From the NCBI GenBank assembly GCA_965113315.1, contig OZ220368.1: a stretch of 64,000 bases of DNA; one strand, written 5' to 3'. The notes below the pieces were generated by a model, which was not told where the DNA came from, made no database searches, and was given only the letters and a program-made list of their open reading frames with translations. The stretch comes from Podarcis vaucheri. Its lineage: Eukaryota. Below are positions 38,014 through 50,729 of this stretch, piece by piece (position 1 is the first letter of the stretch; each line of letters starts with the position of its first letter). The translations under genes were made by a program, and so were the position numbers.

Positions 38014-38133
38014 CTTGTAGAGGGCGAATGTCCGAACTGTGTACGTGGCAAGTTCAACTGTGTCCAGCAATGTCACCTGGATCAATCCATAGGTCTCTGT
38101 ACCACGGCCTGGCCAGTACTGGTCACACTTCAC
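38014..38133 (-). CDS. PTPRF: PTPRF D1 exon ([40 protein letters not shown])
   Basis: 120 nt; cag/gtaaa; KCxxYWP motif. Confidence 0.97.
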
Positions 38134-40901
38134 CTGCAATGAGAAAAAGGAAATAATGGGTCAATGTTTGGGGGTGAAGTTATCAATGGGCTCCACATAT
38201 GCCCCTAAGATGCCTCAGAGCCTGGTTTTCTCGCCTTACTCAAATTGCCCCTGCTAGGAGCCAATGGCTGGTATAGACACACTCTGAGTAGTGTAGAAAC
38301 GCAAAACACCTTTACTGCATTTGGCTGAGGCTTACAAAGCAAGTGGGTATTTTTGTTTGACCCTCTACTTTGTTCTGCAAAAGGCCAGTAATACTGGATG
38401 GTCTGGTAGGAAACAAGGAAAGACAAGAAACTTGATGCTCAAAGGTAGGAATAAGGAGCAAGAATGTTAATGGGCAAGGGGAGTGCAACAGAGAGAAATG
38501 GTCTATTCAAAAGCAATTTCTTCCCCTGTAATTTTCTGTCCTTTCCCTGCTCTTTGAGAAGATTGGTGTCTGTAGACAAATGTACTGATCTTTCCTCCCC
38601 CTCAGTGGTGAATGTGGGAAGCCTGGCCACAGTCTATCATCCTCTGCTTGGGAATCTGCCAGGGTTCCTGCCATGACGGTCACTGGCAATGTCCTCTCCA
38701 GGAGACAGCAGGTGGGGAGAAGATCCTCTAAGTGGGGACGGAGTAGTAGATTCTTGAAGGGCAACTGAGACAGCCAGTTTGAACCAAAAAAATGTCTAGC
38801 AAGAGAAAAGAGTCAAACGGAGCCACAGAATGGAATTTTGGGGGTTTTAGCTTGAGCTTCTCCAGGCCCTGAAGAAATGCCAGCGTATGCCTGCTAGAAG
38901 GAGCCCCTCTAAAGGATAGCTGAAAATGCTGCTCTCTGCTGAAGTAGGATTGGCCTGCTTTGCTGGGAAGGTGCCAAATATGTGAGAGATGCATCAAGCT
39001 ATGAAGCATATTTTCATCTGGTTCTCTCTCTTTGTCAAAGTCCAAGACCTGGAAGTGTACTTCCTGTCTATAAATGCGCTGTGGGCAGTCCACACAGCAA
39101 GGACGAATTTTCCCACTCCCATTTGACTAAGATGCATTAGTGGGAAGCACTAACACATTTTCCTGGATGTAAATTGCTCTCTGTATAGCCTTGCTCCTCT
39201 ATTCCATGGTGGAGAGAGGTGGCAGGGAAGATGTCTTGTTCCTTTGCCCAAATCGTCCATATTTTAAAAACTAAATTCCATGTGTGTCTGCTGCTATTCC
39301 TCTCCACCTCCTGCTTCACCTATCCACCCATCCGTCCCTTGTACTCTGCTTCCTATTCTGCCTCTCCCTATTTCTCCTTCCCAACTAAAGCCTGGCTACA
39401 ACAGAACCTCTACAAGGGAGAATGAATGAGGATCATCTGGACCTGTTCAAGTAATGGTAAGCTCAATTATTAGCTGTGTGTGTTTCTAGGGAATGGAGGA
39501 CATGGAACAACACCCTAATTAGAAATCATTGGTGTTCCGCCTGTTAATTGAGGATATTTTAATGGGTGGGCTTAGTAAACATGCCTAGATAAGAGATTTA
39601 AGTGCACCCTAGAACTGCTGGGGTACAACTTCTTCACCTTCAGAATCACTGCTTAAGGTCAGAAGCAACTTCCTGGGCAGTTGGGGAAGTCTGTACAGGT
39701 AGCTGGGATCCTGGTTCTCCTGAGGTCACAGAAGTATGTGCTCAAGAAGGAAGGTCTGTTGTCTGGCTTACTGGTAAGCTGCCCCACCCAAGTGACAGCT
39801 AATATAGCAAATGGCAGCGCAGGCCTGGCTGTGTCCAACTGCTTCTTCAGCAAATGTCACCCTTTTCCTGCCCAACTCTGGGGAGACTACAGTGTTTATG
39901 TTCAAACACAAAACAAACTTTCAAGTACTCTATCCTAGGGTTTAATAGCAAAGCCCAAACTGGTAATTGAAAATTATTTATTCATGACCAGATTAAGAGT
40001 CACTCACATTTTCTGCCAAATTTACCCATAATGTTTATGCCCCATTTTCAAGCTCTGTAAATTTTATGCTGAAGCTGATGCACGATGGCACTAAACCAGA
40101 TAAGAGAGTCTTTCTTCTGGCATCACTCGCTTCTCATTAATGTCACGAACACGCTTATAACCTGGAAATTCATTTACTGCTGGCATTGCCCAGTGGCTCC
40201 CTCAGTTGCTGGGAAAATAAGGAGACCCCCTTAATAAAAGTGCTACAAAGGAAGAACAGCTGGTTTAGAATATATCTTTACCAGGCAGGCCACATCCCAA
40301 GACCCACTGTCTGCAAAATGGGATGAGAGGTCTCTAATATACCTGGGCTTCAGGGCACTTTCTATTGAGTGGTGCAGAAACTGGGAGAGTGCAAGGGAAG
40401 TTTCCTATGGAAAAGGCAGTCTGGGCCAGTTCCCCAGAACACATAGGGCCCTGGAGACTCACATATTGCTGATTCTGCTGCCAATTGCAAAAGCTTTGGA
40501 GGCAGTGAATGAATATGCTTTTATGTAGTATGCAAACATGAAAGGTGAGGATGATATGTACCACAAAGCTGCCAGGCCCTGCAGGTCATAACAAGGCACC
40601 AAATAGGTATACCTCCCCATTGATTGCTCTCCAGAAGAAGTGGAAACATTTTGAAGCATTGAGCTCCCCAAATCCACGAAGTCAAAGTCCAGAGCAACAA
40701 TACCCACACACAGCATTGCTGCTGGGCCTGAGAAAGTGCTACTTGCTAGCATTCATCTGAAACCGTGCTCAAAGGTCCTAGGCTGGGAGACAGCTTGGAG
40801 ATAAGAAAAAGGGCAAGCTTGAGCAAGCACTGAAAAAGACAGATGTTAAAAGTGAACCCTTTCACTTGGAGAATCCCCAAGAGCCAGTCTAGCATTTAAA
40901 T

Positions 40902-41037
40902 CACACATAGGCAAACCTGGCCTTCCAGATGTTTTGGGACTACAACTCCCATCATCCCTGGCTAACAGGACCAGTGGTCAGGGATGATGGGAGTTGTAGT
41001 CCCAAAACATGTGGAGGGCCAAGTTTGCCTATGCCTG
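40902..41037. mobile_element. Palindromic hAT-type MITE (136 bp)
   Basis: Near-perfect hairpin (gttttgggactacaactcccatcatccctg / cagggatgatgggagttgtagtcccaaaac); 8-bp TSD ATTTAAAT / GTTTAGAT. Confidence 0.85.
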
Positions 41038-41979
41038 GTTTAGATCAATCTTTTACTCCCATCAGGTACCTGTTTGTCTGATTCCACCCTGAAGCTACTA
41101 TGACTACTTAATTGATGGTTCCCTTGATGTGGGTACATCATATCTGTGACTGGTAGTAAGGCAGGCTTCTAAAGAGTAGTGGTATGAACTCAGTTCAATG
41201 CAGAGGAACAAGTGTGTCAGTGAATCTTCCCTACCCACCATACTTGGCTGGATGGTATGCTAACTCACTGAAGTATGTCACCTTGAGGGTACTACTGCAT
41301 CCTCCATTTCATAGGAAGTAATTAGGAGGGGGAGGAGGGGAAGTGTGCTACTAGGTGATAATGTGCATCTCAACAAGCAGCGAGGCAGGAGAGAGACAAG
41401 TGCCCAAAGGGCCTTACAGAACATGTTATCTTGGAGAAACACACTCTGTGGAGCATCTTCTGATAGCTGGACAGCCCCAAAACAAAGCAAACTGGACTTT
41501 GGATATTCATTTATTCTGACACACAAAAAAGGGTCATTTCATGTTTACCTTAAATGCAAGCACTATTCTAAAACTGAAAAGCCTGTATTGGAGTTCCATG
41601 GCCCAGTTAATAACCACAGACAAATACTGTGTCTGCTGCTTAAATGCAAGCACATGGAGGCATGTCTACTTGGCAAACTGTTTGTGCAAACTAACTCCCA
41701 ACCTATTCTCACAATTTTAGCTCTCTCAAGACAAACGTGAAGGAGAAGAATTGCATTGGAGTGGTGGTGGGGAACTGCTTTATGCACAAAGTTGCTTGGC
41801 ACACAAAGTTGCTGCCACTTTGGTATGTTTGCAGCAGCACCTGCTCCAGAAAACTAGGTTAGCTTTAAGTTCACAAACACTTTCAGAACCAACCTATTCC
41901 CTACCTCTGTTTTTTTCTAGAATGAACACATTGCAACAGCCCCCTGTCCTCCTCTTCCCTATTGTATCCGTTTTATGTA

Positions 41980-42530
41980 TATGGCAGTATTTGGGGTGAC
42001 TGCGTATCACTCTGGTTGCCCTCCCCACAAAAAAGGGACATTATAGAACAGCAGTTGGTACAGAAAAGGACAAGAAAATACAACAGGTCAATAATCCTTG
42101 TGGAAAAAGGTTTTGAGGGTTATTTAGCTTTGGGGGAAAAACATTACTGAGGAGGGGCTGGATAGAGATCAAGAATGGTATAGGAAGAATGACAAGGGGA
42201 AATTGTCATAAACATTGAGGCTATTCACTGAAATTAAAACAAATGGTTTTTTAGTTAAACAAACTTTGCTACAGAATGCATGATTAACTTCGCTGCAGAA
42301 TGCTGTTATGCAGCTAGAACAAATTGTTTTCAAATCAGGCTAGATAAAATATGGGTAGGAAAGAAACATAAATGGCCAGCCACTACGTCAGATGGTGGGA
42401 GAATATCAACAGAGAACAGATTCTCATTTTCATTCCTACTTTGTAAAAATGTCTATGATATCTGGGGGTGGGGGTCAGGAAGTCAACTATATGGACCACT
42501 GGTCTGATCCAGCCTAGCATTTCTTATTAG
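41980..42530 (+). mobile_element. Decayed CR1 LINE 3' portion
   Basis: Degenerate CR1 RT tail (..aaaaagggacattatagaac..gtacagaaaagg..tatttagctttgg) ending ggaccactggtctgatccagc. Confidence 0.55.
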
Positions 42531-44367
42531 GCACTGGCAAAGACTTAGCAACAGCTGTGCAATTCCACGATGAAGGAGGCTACTTTAACACTGCTGTCTG
42601 AATGCTTAAGGGGGCAGGGGGAGATACACTTAACAGGTACCCCCCCACACAACATCCATCAATACCAACAAGCTTTTTGTACAATAATCTGGGGTTGATT
42701 CCTTTTTGCCTAGGATGGAGCATAGGCTGGTCCCTATTGCACTCTCTGTAACTCAGTTCTGTTGTCCTCTTATCACACAAAGCACTGGTGTTCTGCTTTC
42801 AGCAATAAAACTCAGCAAAGCAAGGAAGGATACATGCCTGCGTTTGTCTTTTCTCCCTCCACATACATCACCCCCCCTTCATTCAGCTACTTCCCTCTCT
42901 CTGCAAATTCCCTATTTCCAATCTCCTGACTCAAGTCTATTTGACTAAAGAGACAAGTAAACCACAGTCCAAGTGCACATCTCCCTGCCCTGTGGTTGGC
43001 ATGGAAACATAAAATATTCTGTGAGCATAAATGTTCACTACAAAAGATGGTACTTTCTGGGGAACCCTCCGCCCAAGGTTCTCCACACTGAAATCCATGT
43101 CTCTGAGGATATCTTTAAACACATGCATCTTAAGCTCAGTGATACCCAGGCAACTGGGAAGGGCACAGCTATACGGGGGTGAAAGAACCCTCCATAAATC
43201 CCTGTGCACATTCGAAGAGTAAACATGGGGATAGGGATTGAAATCAGATCTCACTATTTGTTATGTCTGACCTCCCTGTGTTGGAGGACACATCTGCACA
43301 ATAGCTTATGCATGAAGAGCCTGCCCCGCCCTCTTTGCCAGCACATATCATACTAAAAAGCAACTCTCCATTTATGTGGTAGCTACATTCTGGGCCCCTG
43401 CATGCATACGTAAAATTGTGTAAAACGGGGAGCAACTTGGAGAACCCTAGTGGCTTGCATGAAGCCTCACCCCAGACCCACCAAAGATGGTTTCCTTGCG
43501 AGCTGGAGGGGCAGAGGGGCTTTACTGAGTTGCTCAACCTCCCCGCCAAACAGCTGACGTGGGGCGGAACAGCCACTGTTGCTGCTTCCCCGTGCATCAG
43601 CTGAGCAAGCCCTGGTGCCCCTCCAGCTCACATTGAGGTCCTCTTTGGGCTGTGGGGAAGGTCTCCTTGTGAGCCAGGAGGACTCTCCAGGGAGCTCCAT
43701 ATTTCCAGGTTCATCTTCCAGGTTCCTAGCACTGCTTGTACGTGTTGGTCGTGTGCAAATACATCACACATAAATGAGTTGTTGTTGCCTGTAAAGAAAC
43801 TTGTCCTCTAATGAATGGAAGTTGGGTCCAGCAAGGTGATGGGGACTTGCCACAATGGTTCCGATTCCTTCCTCCCACTTTGAATGCTTTTGAACATCTG
43901 CATTATGCCTTTGAGCATAAGGCTGGAGAGGAGCTCCACAGCCCTGCCTCCCAAGCCACTATTTCACACAGGAAGCCACGCTGAGTTTTTATTCTTTGCA
44001 TGTAGCTCTATGGGATAAGATTCCCACCATGATTCATTGATGAAGCAAAAACTCCATCAGACTGTGAAACAGCCATAGAAATTACCATTCCCCCATGTCA
44101 TATCACTCATTTAGGCTGTTGGAATCTGATATAAAAAGTATTCAGTTATGGATTTCTAGAACTGGTCAGGGTGGGGAGGCTATAGCTTGATGATCAGGCT
44201 GGCATTAAAATCCTAGTACCATCTTTGTCTATAATGTTATATTCTATTTTCCTCAGAGGCCTGCACTTAGGACCCCTTGCCCCATGTCACAGTACCATAT
44301 GAGGCTGCTACTAATCTCAGCTGCACTGCACGCACAGAATCAACATGCACCACATTTCTCTGACTTA

Positions 44368-44607
<240 letters not shown>

Positions 44608-45027
44608 TCAGGGGGTTGAGAAGACAAGGGGGTCGCCAGAATCCTGGACCATGCTGGTAGTGGAAACAGACTGTACTACAGGGAGTAGTTGTTACTACAG
44701 GGGAGAGGCTTCCTATGAGGTACTCTGGGGGTGGGGGACCTCTGGACTGGGGGCCAAACACAGCCCTCCAAACCTCTCCATCTGGTCCTTGCCATACACC
44801 CTCCGCAGGCATGCCCCTCACTGACCCTGCGTCACACTCTCTTTGAGTGTTTTTGCCTGGCTGGAATGTGTCATTGAACTCTGATAACGCCTTACACATG
44901 CCTGGGTGGAGGATACAAAGGGGTGTATGTAACTAGTCAGCTGTACAAAAGGTAAAAGATTAACATTAACATCAGGTCAGATGCACTGAGAATTTTGTTA
45001 GCATGAGGTGCTGCTAACAACACTTAC

Positions 45028-45151
45028 CATCAATGGAGGTCAGAATGACACGTGAATGGTCATAGGCAATCACGTTTGCATAGCGGTTCTTTGGTTTGTT
45101 CACTTCCAGGTTGGAGTTCTCCCAGGTGAACTGCTGCCCGGGATCAATCGA
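45028..45151 (-). CDS. PTPRF: PTPRF D1 exon ([42 protein letters not shown])
   Basis: 124 nt; cag/gtaag; contains the KNRY pTyr-recognition loop. Confidence 0.97.
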
Positions 45152-45767
45152 CTGCAACAAAGAAAAGGAGAAAAGGAGTGCTAAAACACAAGTTCTTTCT
45201 GTCTCTCTCAATTCATGGCACGATTACAAGCTTTCACACTTCTATGTGTGCATGTATGCCTTTCAACTCTGAAATAAACACCAGCCACCCTAGAATGTGA
45301 AACAGTATGGAAAGAAAGTTTCATATGCGAGATCTTGTGAATCAGCTTTCAGATTGATTTGCCATCGGCACATTCAGTCTGGGCAGACCCCCCCCAAAAG
45401 GGGGGAGCCTTGCCTATCTTGAAAGTCAACCCCAAAAATTGAATTGGCCCTTTACAATCAATGCAGCAATTAAATACTTTTTGCACTGTGTGAATTCTCT
45501 AAAAGTCAAAAACAGTGATTCATCTTGAGTTGGTGAAAGTTGTCTCATGAGCAAATCCTCTGATGTGCAGCATCTCTGCAAATCTGTGCCCAGTGAAAAA
45601 ATAAACTCCCAACTGTCTTAGAGGCATTATTGGGCAAAATACTGAAACATCTTTAAAAATAAGCTTGAGGACAGAAGCAAACATGTATAGTAGATATATT
45701 CTCTCTTAGGCATGAACAGTGTTGTTTGCATCTAGGATGAGTCTGTGCATCTAGGATGAGTCTGTGT

Positions 45768-46030
45768 TGCTCCAGATGGCAGGATTGGAACCATTGTATG
45801 AAAATTGCAAGGGAGCATTTTTTGAGCAAATATTAGGAGAAACTTGCTAATGGTAAGAACTGTTTTGACAGTGAACAGAGAGCCTTGGAAGGTGATGGGC
45901 TCTCCTTTGCTGGAGGTATTTCAGTAGGTCTGTCAGAAGTGCTGTAGTTTAATCATGCATTATAAATTGTGCATTCAGCAGGCTAGATGAGATGATCTCA
46001 AAGATCTCTTCCAACTCTATGATTCTAATG
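45768..46030 (+). mobile_element. CR1 LINE 3' end
   Basis: aaatattaggagaaactt..tctcctttgctggaggt..gatctcttccaactctatgattct terminus. Confidence 0.75.
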
Positions 46031-47898
46031 CAAGTCTCTCTTTCTCCTCTGCACACCAGTGAGGCATGATATGTAGGGAGGAAATGGTGTGTATATAATC
46101 AACCTTTTCCTTGCAACCTCTCCAGCTGCTTTCCCACCACTTGATGTGGCAAATAATCATCTGGGAATAAAGCATCTTGGAACGTGCTCTGTGGGTGGAT
46201 TAAGAGTTAATAATTTATTCCAATTGTTGTTTCAATCCTGCAAATTCCTTCCAACAGTACTCTGCAGCAAAGATACAACCACCTGGTACCTAGACCCTTT
46301 TGCAGATCACCATATAAATTTGGCCTTTAAACCAGACCCAAATCCCTGAACGCTTAAGTCCTCTCTCCCCTTCTGCCACAGTGATAGCTACTGTGTCAGG
46401 CTAACCAGAGCCACTAGTAAAAAGGGAGGTTTTTTTTTTTACAGTAAGTCAAATGTGCAACTGCCAGAAAACTAAAGAGCAATGAAAGGAAGGAAAAACA
46501 CCATTCAACCCTACATCGTCCTACAGAAGTACAGGACTGCAGAGTAAATGTTCCTTTCCTGCCTTCTACGGGAAACAGGTTGTGGAGAAGCACTCAGGTG
46601 GAATTTAAATAGGAACTTTAGCAGTTGGTTCCTCTTATGTGGGCTCAGCCAGAGAAATCTCTCTCAGCTGGATCATACTCTATAATTCTATGTACAAGTT
46701 CCTTCATTTTTGAGTGGCTGAGAACTCACACCTGCATCTTCAACATGGGTTCATGGAGCAAATGCTGGAGAATCTGTGCCCATCCAAGCATATGTATCCA
46801 ATGCACTGGTCTGCTTTGATCAATGTTTTTGCCACAATTCTCAGTGTAGTTGGCAGGACTAGGTCAGCAACTACTGCCTGCTCTCCTGCAAAACTTAAAA
46901 CACCCGATTGTGATATCCAGTTAACACTTGGCATGCGATCTGTTTCATGCCTGACATGGCAATTTAGGTAACAGTCCTACATGATGCAGACTGCAATGGA
47001 CAGAGAGCTGCTTTTTCAGTTTCCCACAGGCACAGCATGGCAGACAAAACTGTCTGAGCAAAACCAGAGCAAGCACTTTATAGAATAGTAGAAGGCACAT
47101 GAGCAACAAAGTCAAAGCAGCTCAGTATAGGTAGTGTTGGCACTTCCCCCAGTCTGACTCCTCCCAACCACTGCTGGGAAGTTTCCTTGTTTAAGGGCTT
47201 TTCTCCCACTGCATTTACAGGAGGACTGAGGCAGTCATAAACAAAAACGCACACGGGCTGGTTCACTTGGAGGAATGACAGGTTTAAGTCCAAGAAACTG
47301 CACAGGCCTTTCAGGAAAACAGCATCCCATGTTAGGTTCAGTGGCAATGGGTATTCCTTTCAAAGAAGAGCAATACAGCACACAAAAGAGATTTCCACTG
47401 TCTCAGCAGGGAGGATATGACATCACAGCACTGCTAATAGGTGGTTTGGGAAATGCAGGATGTAAATAGACGTTTCCAACAGGAACCCTATAATCTTCTA
47501 TTATCAGAGTAATAAGCAGGCAGTGCAGTGCAAAGTGGCAGGAGTAGACACAGCCCAGCTCTCTGCAGCTCAAGGCTAGGGCTCAAGTCACACTAAGCAC
47601 ATGTCACACATAACAGAAACAAGCCAGGTTTCTGGTCCATAGCTACCTGGACCTGTCCATTTGGCACCCAGATGTCTTTTGTTTTCCCCTAGCAGAGAGG
47701 AATTCCATTTGTGTTTTTTGTAAACTATCCTCTCTGCAATAAATCAATGGTAGGGAAGCATTTTGCGTCTTGGCAGGATTTTTTTACAGCTCAAGACAAG
47801 CATAGCAAATATAGCCCATCCCAAGCCTAATATTATATTTCAGGCTACATTTCAATAAATATGGTAATATCCTCAGCAAACAAGTAGAAAGATGTCTA

Positions 47899-47954
<56 letters not shown>
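47899..47954. repeat. (CT)n(CA)n compound microsatellite
   Basis: Read directly from the sequence. Confidence 0.95.
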
Positions 47955-47955
<1 letters not shown>

Positions 47956-50729
47956 CATTGCACTGGTAAGATCCAAAGTGATGAATGGGCAGCAGTGCAC
48001 TTTCACAGGTGGATTTGGTGAGGACACAAGAGAGGGCCTTCTCGGTGGTTGTTCCAAGATTGTGGAAATCTCTTCCACAGTAGGTTAGGCTGCCCCCCAC
48101 CCAGCTTTCCTTTAGCTGGTAGGGAAATACTTTTTTGTCTAGACAGGCCTTTGGTCATTTACTGGCTGCTGTGGCAGTGTATTCTGAAGGTGGGGGTTCT
48201 ACACATTTTTCTTTTTATGTGTGCTTTTAAATTGTTTTGAGTGTTTTTGGTGCTCTTTTTAATAGAGTTACTTATTTATATTGCTTGTGTGTCATATGTG
48301 GTCCTATACTGGGATATATGTGGTCATATGTGGTCCTATACTGGGATATAAAGTGGGCCACATCACTTTAGACTGTGTAGAACCTCTGTGCAGAAAAGCC
48401 TCCTTCAGAACCCTCCTGGAGGCCTTGCCCTAAGGGTAGAGTCTGAAGCACAAAACACACCTCTGCTCAGTCAGAGTCACACTGAGATGGCTGCAATGAC
48501 ATGGAAGATAAAGGCGAGGATGGCATAGCTTCACCTAATCCCCCAGAGTGTAGCATCAGCAGTACCACTACAGCAATTGTCTTGCTCTGCAATGCGGAGG
48601 TGAAAAATCTCCCATGTTCTATCACCAACAACCCCATAAGAGGGCAAACAGGTGAGAAAAGCAGCATCCACCTGGCAGTGAAGAAGTGCTAATTAAATAC
48701 GCCTGCAAATGAGTGACTTGTTTAGAAGTGAAATGATTTAATTTAAACTCTGCTGATGAATTAATGTGCACCTGTTTTCCCCTTAATGGCAGGCAAATGA
48801 GTAAATAAGGCAGGGAAAGAGAGGTGCCCCAAATGCAGCTGAAACCCATCAAGCAGTTTTTTCAGATGGGCCACACCAAGTAAAAGGCTCATCCCACTGT
48901 TAGCTAACTCCTCTCCTCTGTCCACGAGCAAAACAGCTTTGCCGTACTGGGATGTGCACATTCACTCTTGCAATTTGGGCCCCACAAGAACCTCACATTA
49001 CCCAATCTAAGACAGCAACAGCAGTGTGTATGTATGGGGTGGGATTTTTCAGGAAGGGAGGGACAGACACCAATTTGAATAAAGAGTTGTCAACTTTTTC
49101 CCTGGAAGATTTCCTGTATGGCCAGCAGAAATTCAGCAGGTGAAGCTTTTCTTGGCAGGTCCAATGACTGAAAGGATAATGTTCCTTTTGTTAAAGGTGC
49201 AGGAGCACAGCTAGAGAAGAAGTTGGCAATGTCTCTACTTTTTTAGCAGGCTGGGATGATGCAAACCTTGCTAGCTACATGGTTTGGTTCCAGCATGTTT
49301 GCTGTGCCCATCAAGAGGTTATGATTCCTAAACCCTGAACTCCAGGCAGTGCACTAGAAATAACCATAGCAAGCTAGTTACAGATAGGTAGCAAGCTAGT
49401 GCATTAACGTACTACCAGTGTATTAATGATGGCAGCACCCATGTTAACACAGCCATTGACCAATACAAAGTCAAAAAAACTTCTTAAATGGGAAAAGAAT
49501 GGCTTCTGAACCAATCACTGGCAATTTGTCAAATTGCAGAGTCACGTCTGTCACTGAAAACTTCCAACTTCTAGGACATATTGCAGCACAGTAAGCAGAT
49601 ATGGCTGTGGGAACTTGCATGTAGTTTTGATGGGCCCAATGAATGTCTGGAAGGAAAGCAACTGGGGATAACTGAGGAGCTCACCTTCCAGAAATCCCTT
49701 GCTGCCACAGGAGCTTGATGGCAGTGACTGAGTATGCAGTACCTCCTGCTCCAATGATCTCTTCCCTTACTTGCACCCTGCTTGCTACAGGAGACAAGAG
49801 AGAAGGGTGAGCAAATTAATTAGCAGGGCAGGAGGTGTTGCTACTGCACACTTGCTGTCATACTTGCCTTGAGCTCTTAAAGTGACAGGCAGTCTCTTAG
49901 CAAACCCCAGTGGGGTCTTTGTTCTATGGTCAGATGGCCAAGGAGGATTTTGGAAGTGGGAGGCATGGCAGGATACTTGGAGAGGGGAAAGGAGATACAG
50001 TGAGGAACAAGCCACACTGCTCTTTTCTAGCTGTAACCATCATCATACAACTAAATATCTGCACCTTGCTAGAGTGTCTGATAGGTTCTAATGCTATGGC
50101 AGATGGTTGGAAAGGAAGAGCTGGAAAAGATGCAGCTCAGATGCTTGGAAGCATTTGCTAGTCTTTCATTATCATTTCAAGGGGCAACAATGAACATATT
50201 GCCTTAGCAGGTGGTTGCTAAGCAGAATCTGCAGGGCTTCTTCAGTAACTGACTTCTTTGTGGCTTCCCAAATAAGGAAAGGTGCATGACAGTCTGGGAG
50301 TCGTAAATCTATCCAGCAGGATAGAATTAGGGGAAGGAAATGCTGAGTGCCAAAAATGCTGGGTGATATTTCTGGTTCTGCAATGGAGATGTTAGGACAA
50401 TTATTAGTTGAAGCAAGAGACAAAATCTACAACCATTAGGAGTCTCTAAGGTGTATAAGGAAACGATTCAGAGTGAAACAGGACACCCTCTTTTTACAAC
50501 AACACATATACAGAGGGACTTGCTCCATGGCCTGTAGTTTTGCCCTCTTTGATCTATTTGGAGCATTGCAGCCACCACCTACTAACTATGCTGACATGAT
50601 TAAAGTGAGGCAGGGATAGGTTAACAGCTCTTCACAACAGTCCAATAATTCAGTGTAGATACTGCTTTTGTAGATGGCAAAAGTATACCTGGTCTCCATT
50701 AACTGATCAGAGAATGAAATGCCTGGAAA

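Noticed and set aside
38660-39100. 121-aa minus-strand ORF with faint resemblance to a DIRS tyrosine-recombinase segment (FLQGLEKL)
   Set aside because: The similarity is too short and weak to call by eye; it needs an HMM or Dfam search.
43244-43790. GC-richer intronic block with a good minus-strand acceptor (tttctttacag near 43790) and overlapping ORFs
   Set aside because: All three frames from the acceptor reach stops within ~55 codons and there is no recognisable homology. The PTPRF D1 exons already join in frame without it.
48293-48350. Short direct repeats (also 45727-45767 and 1037-1065) superficially like repeat-spacer units
   Set aside because: Two-copy local tandem duplications in a eukaryotic genome; not CRISPR.
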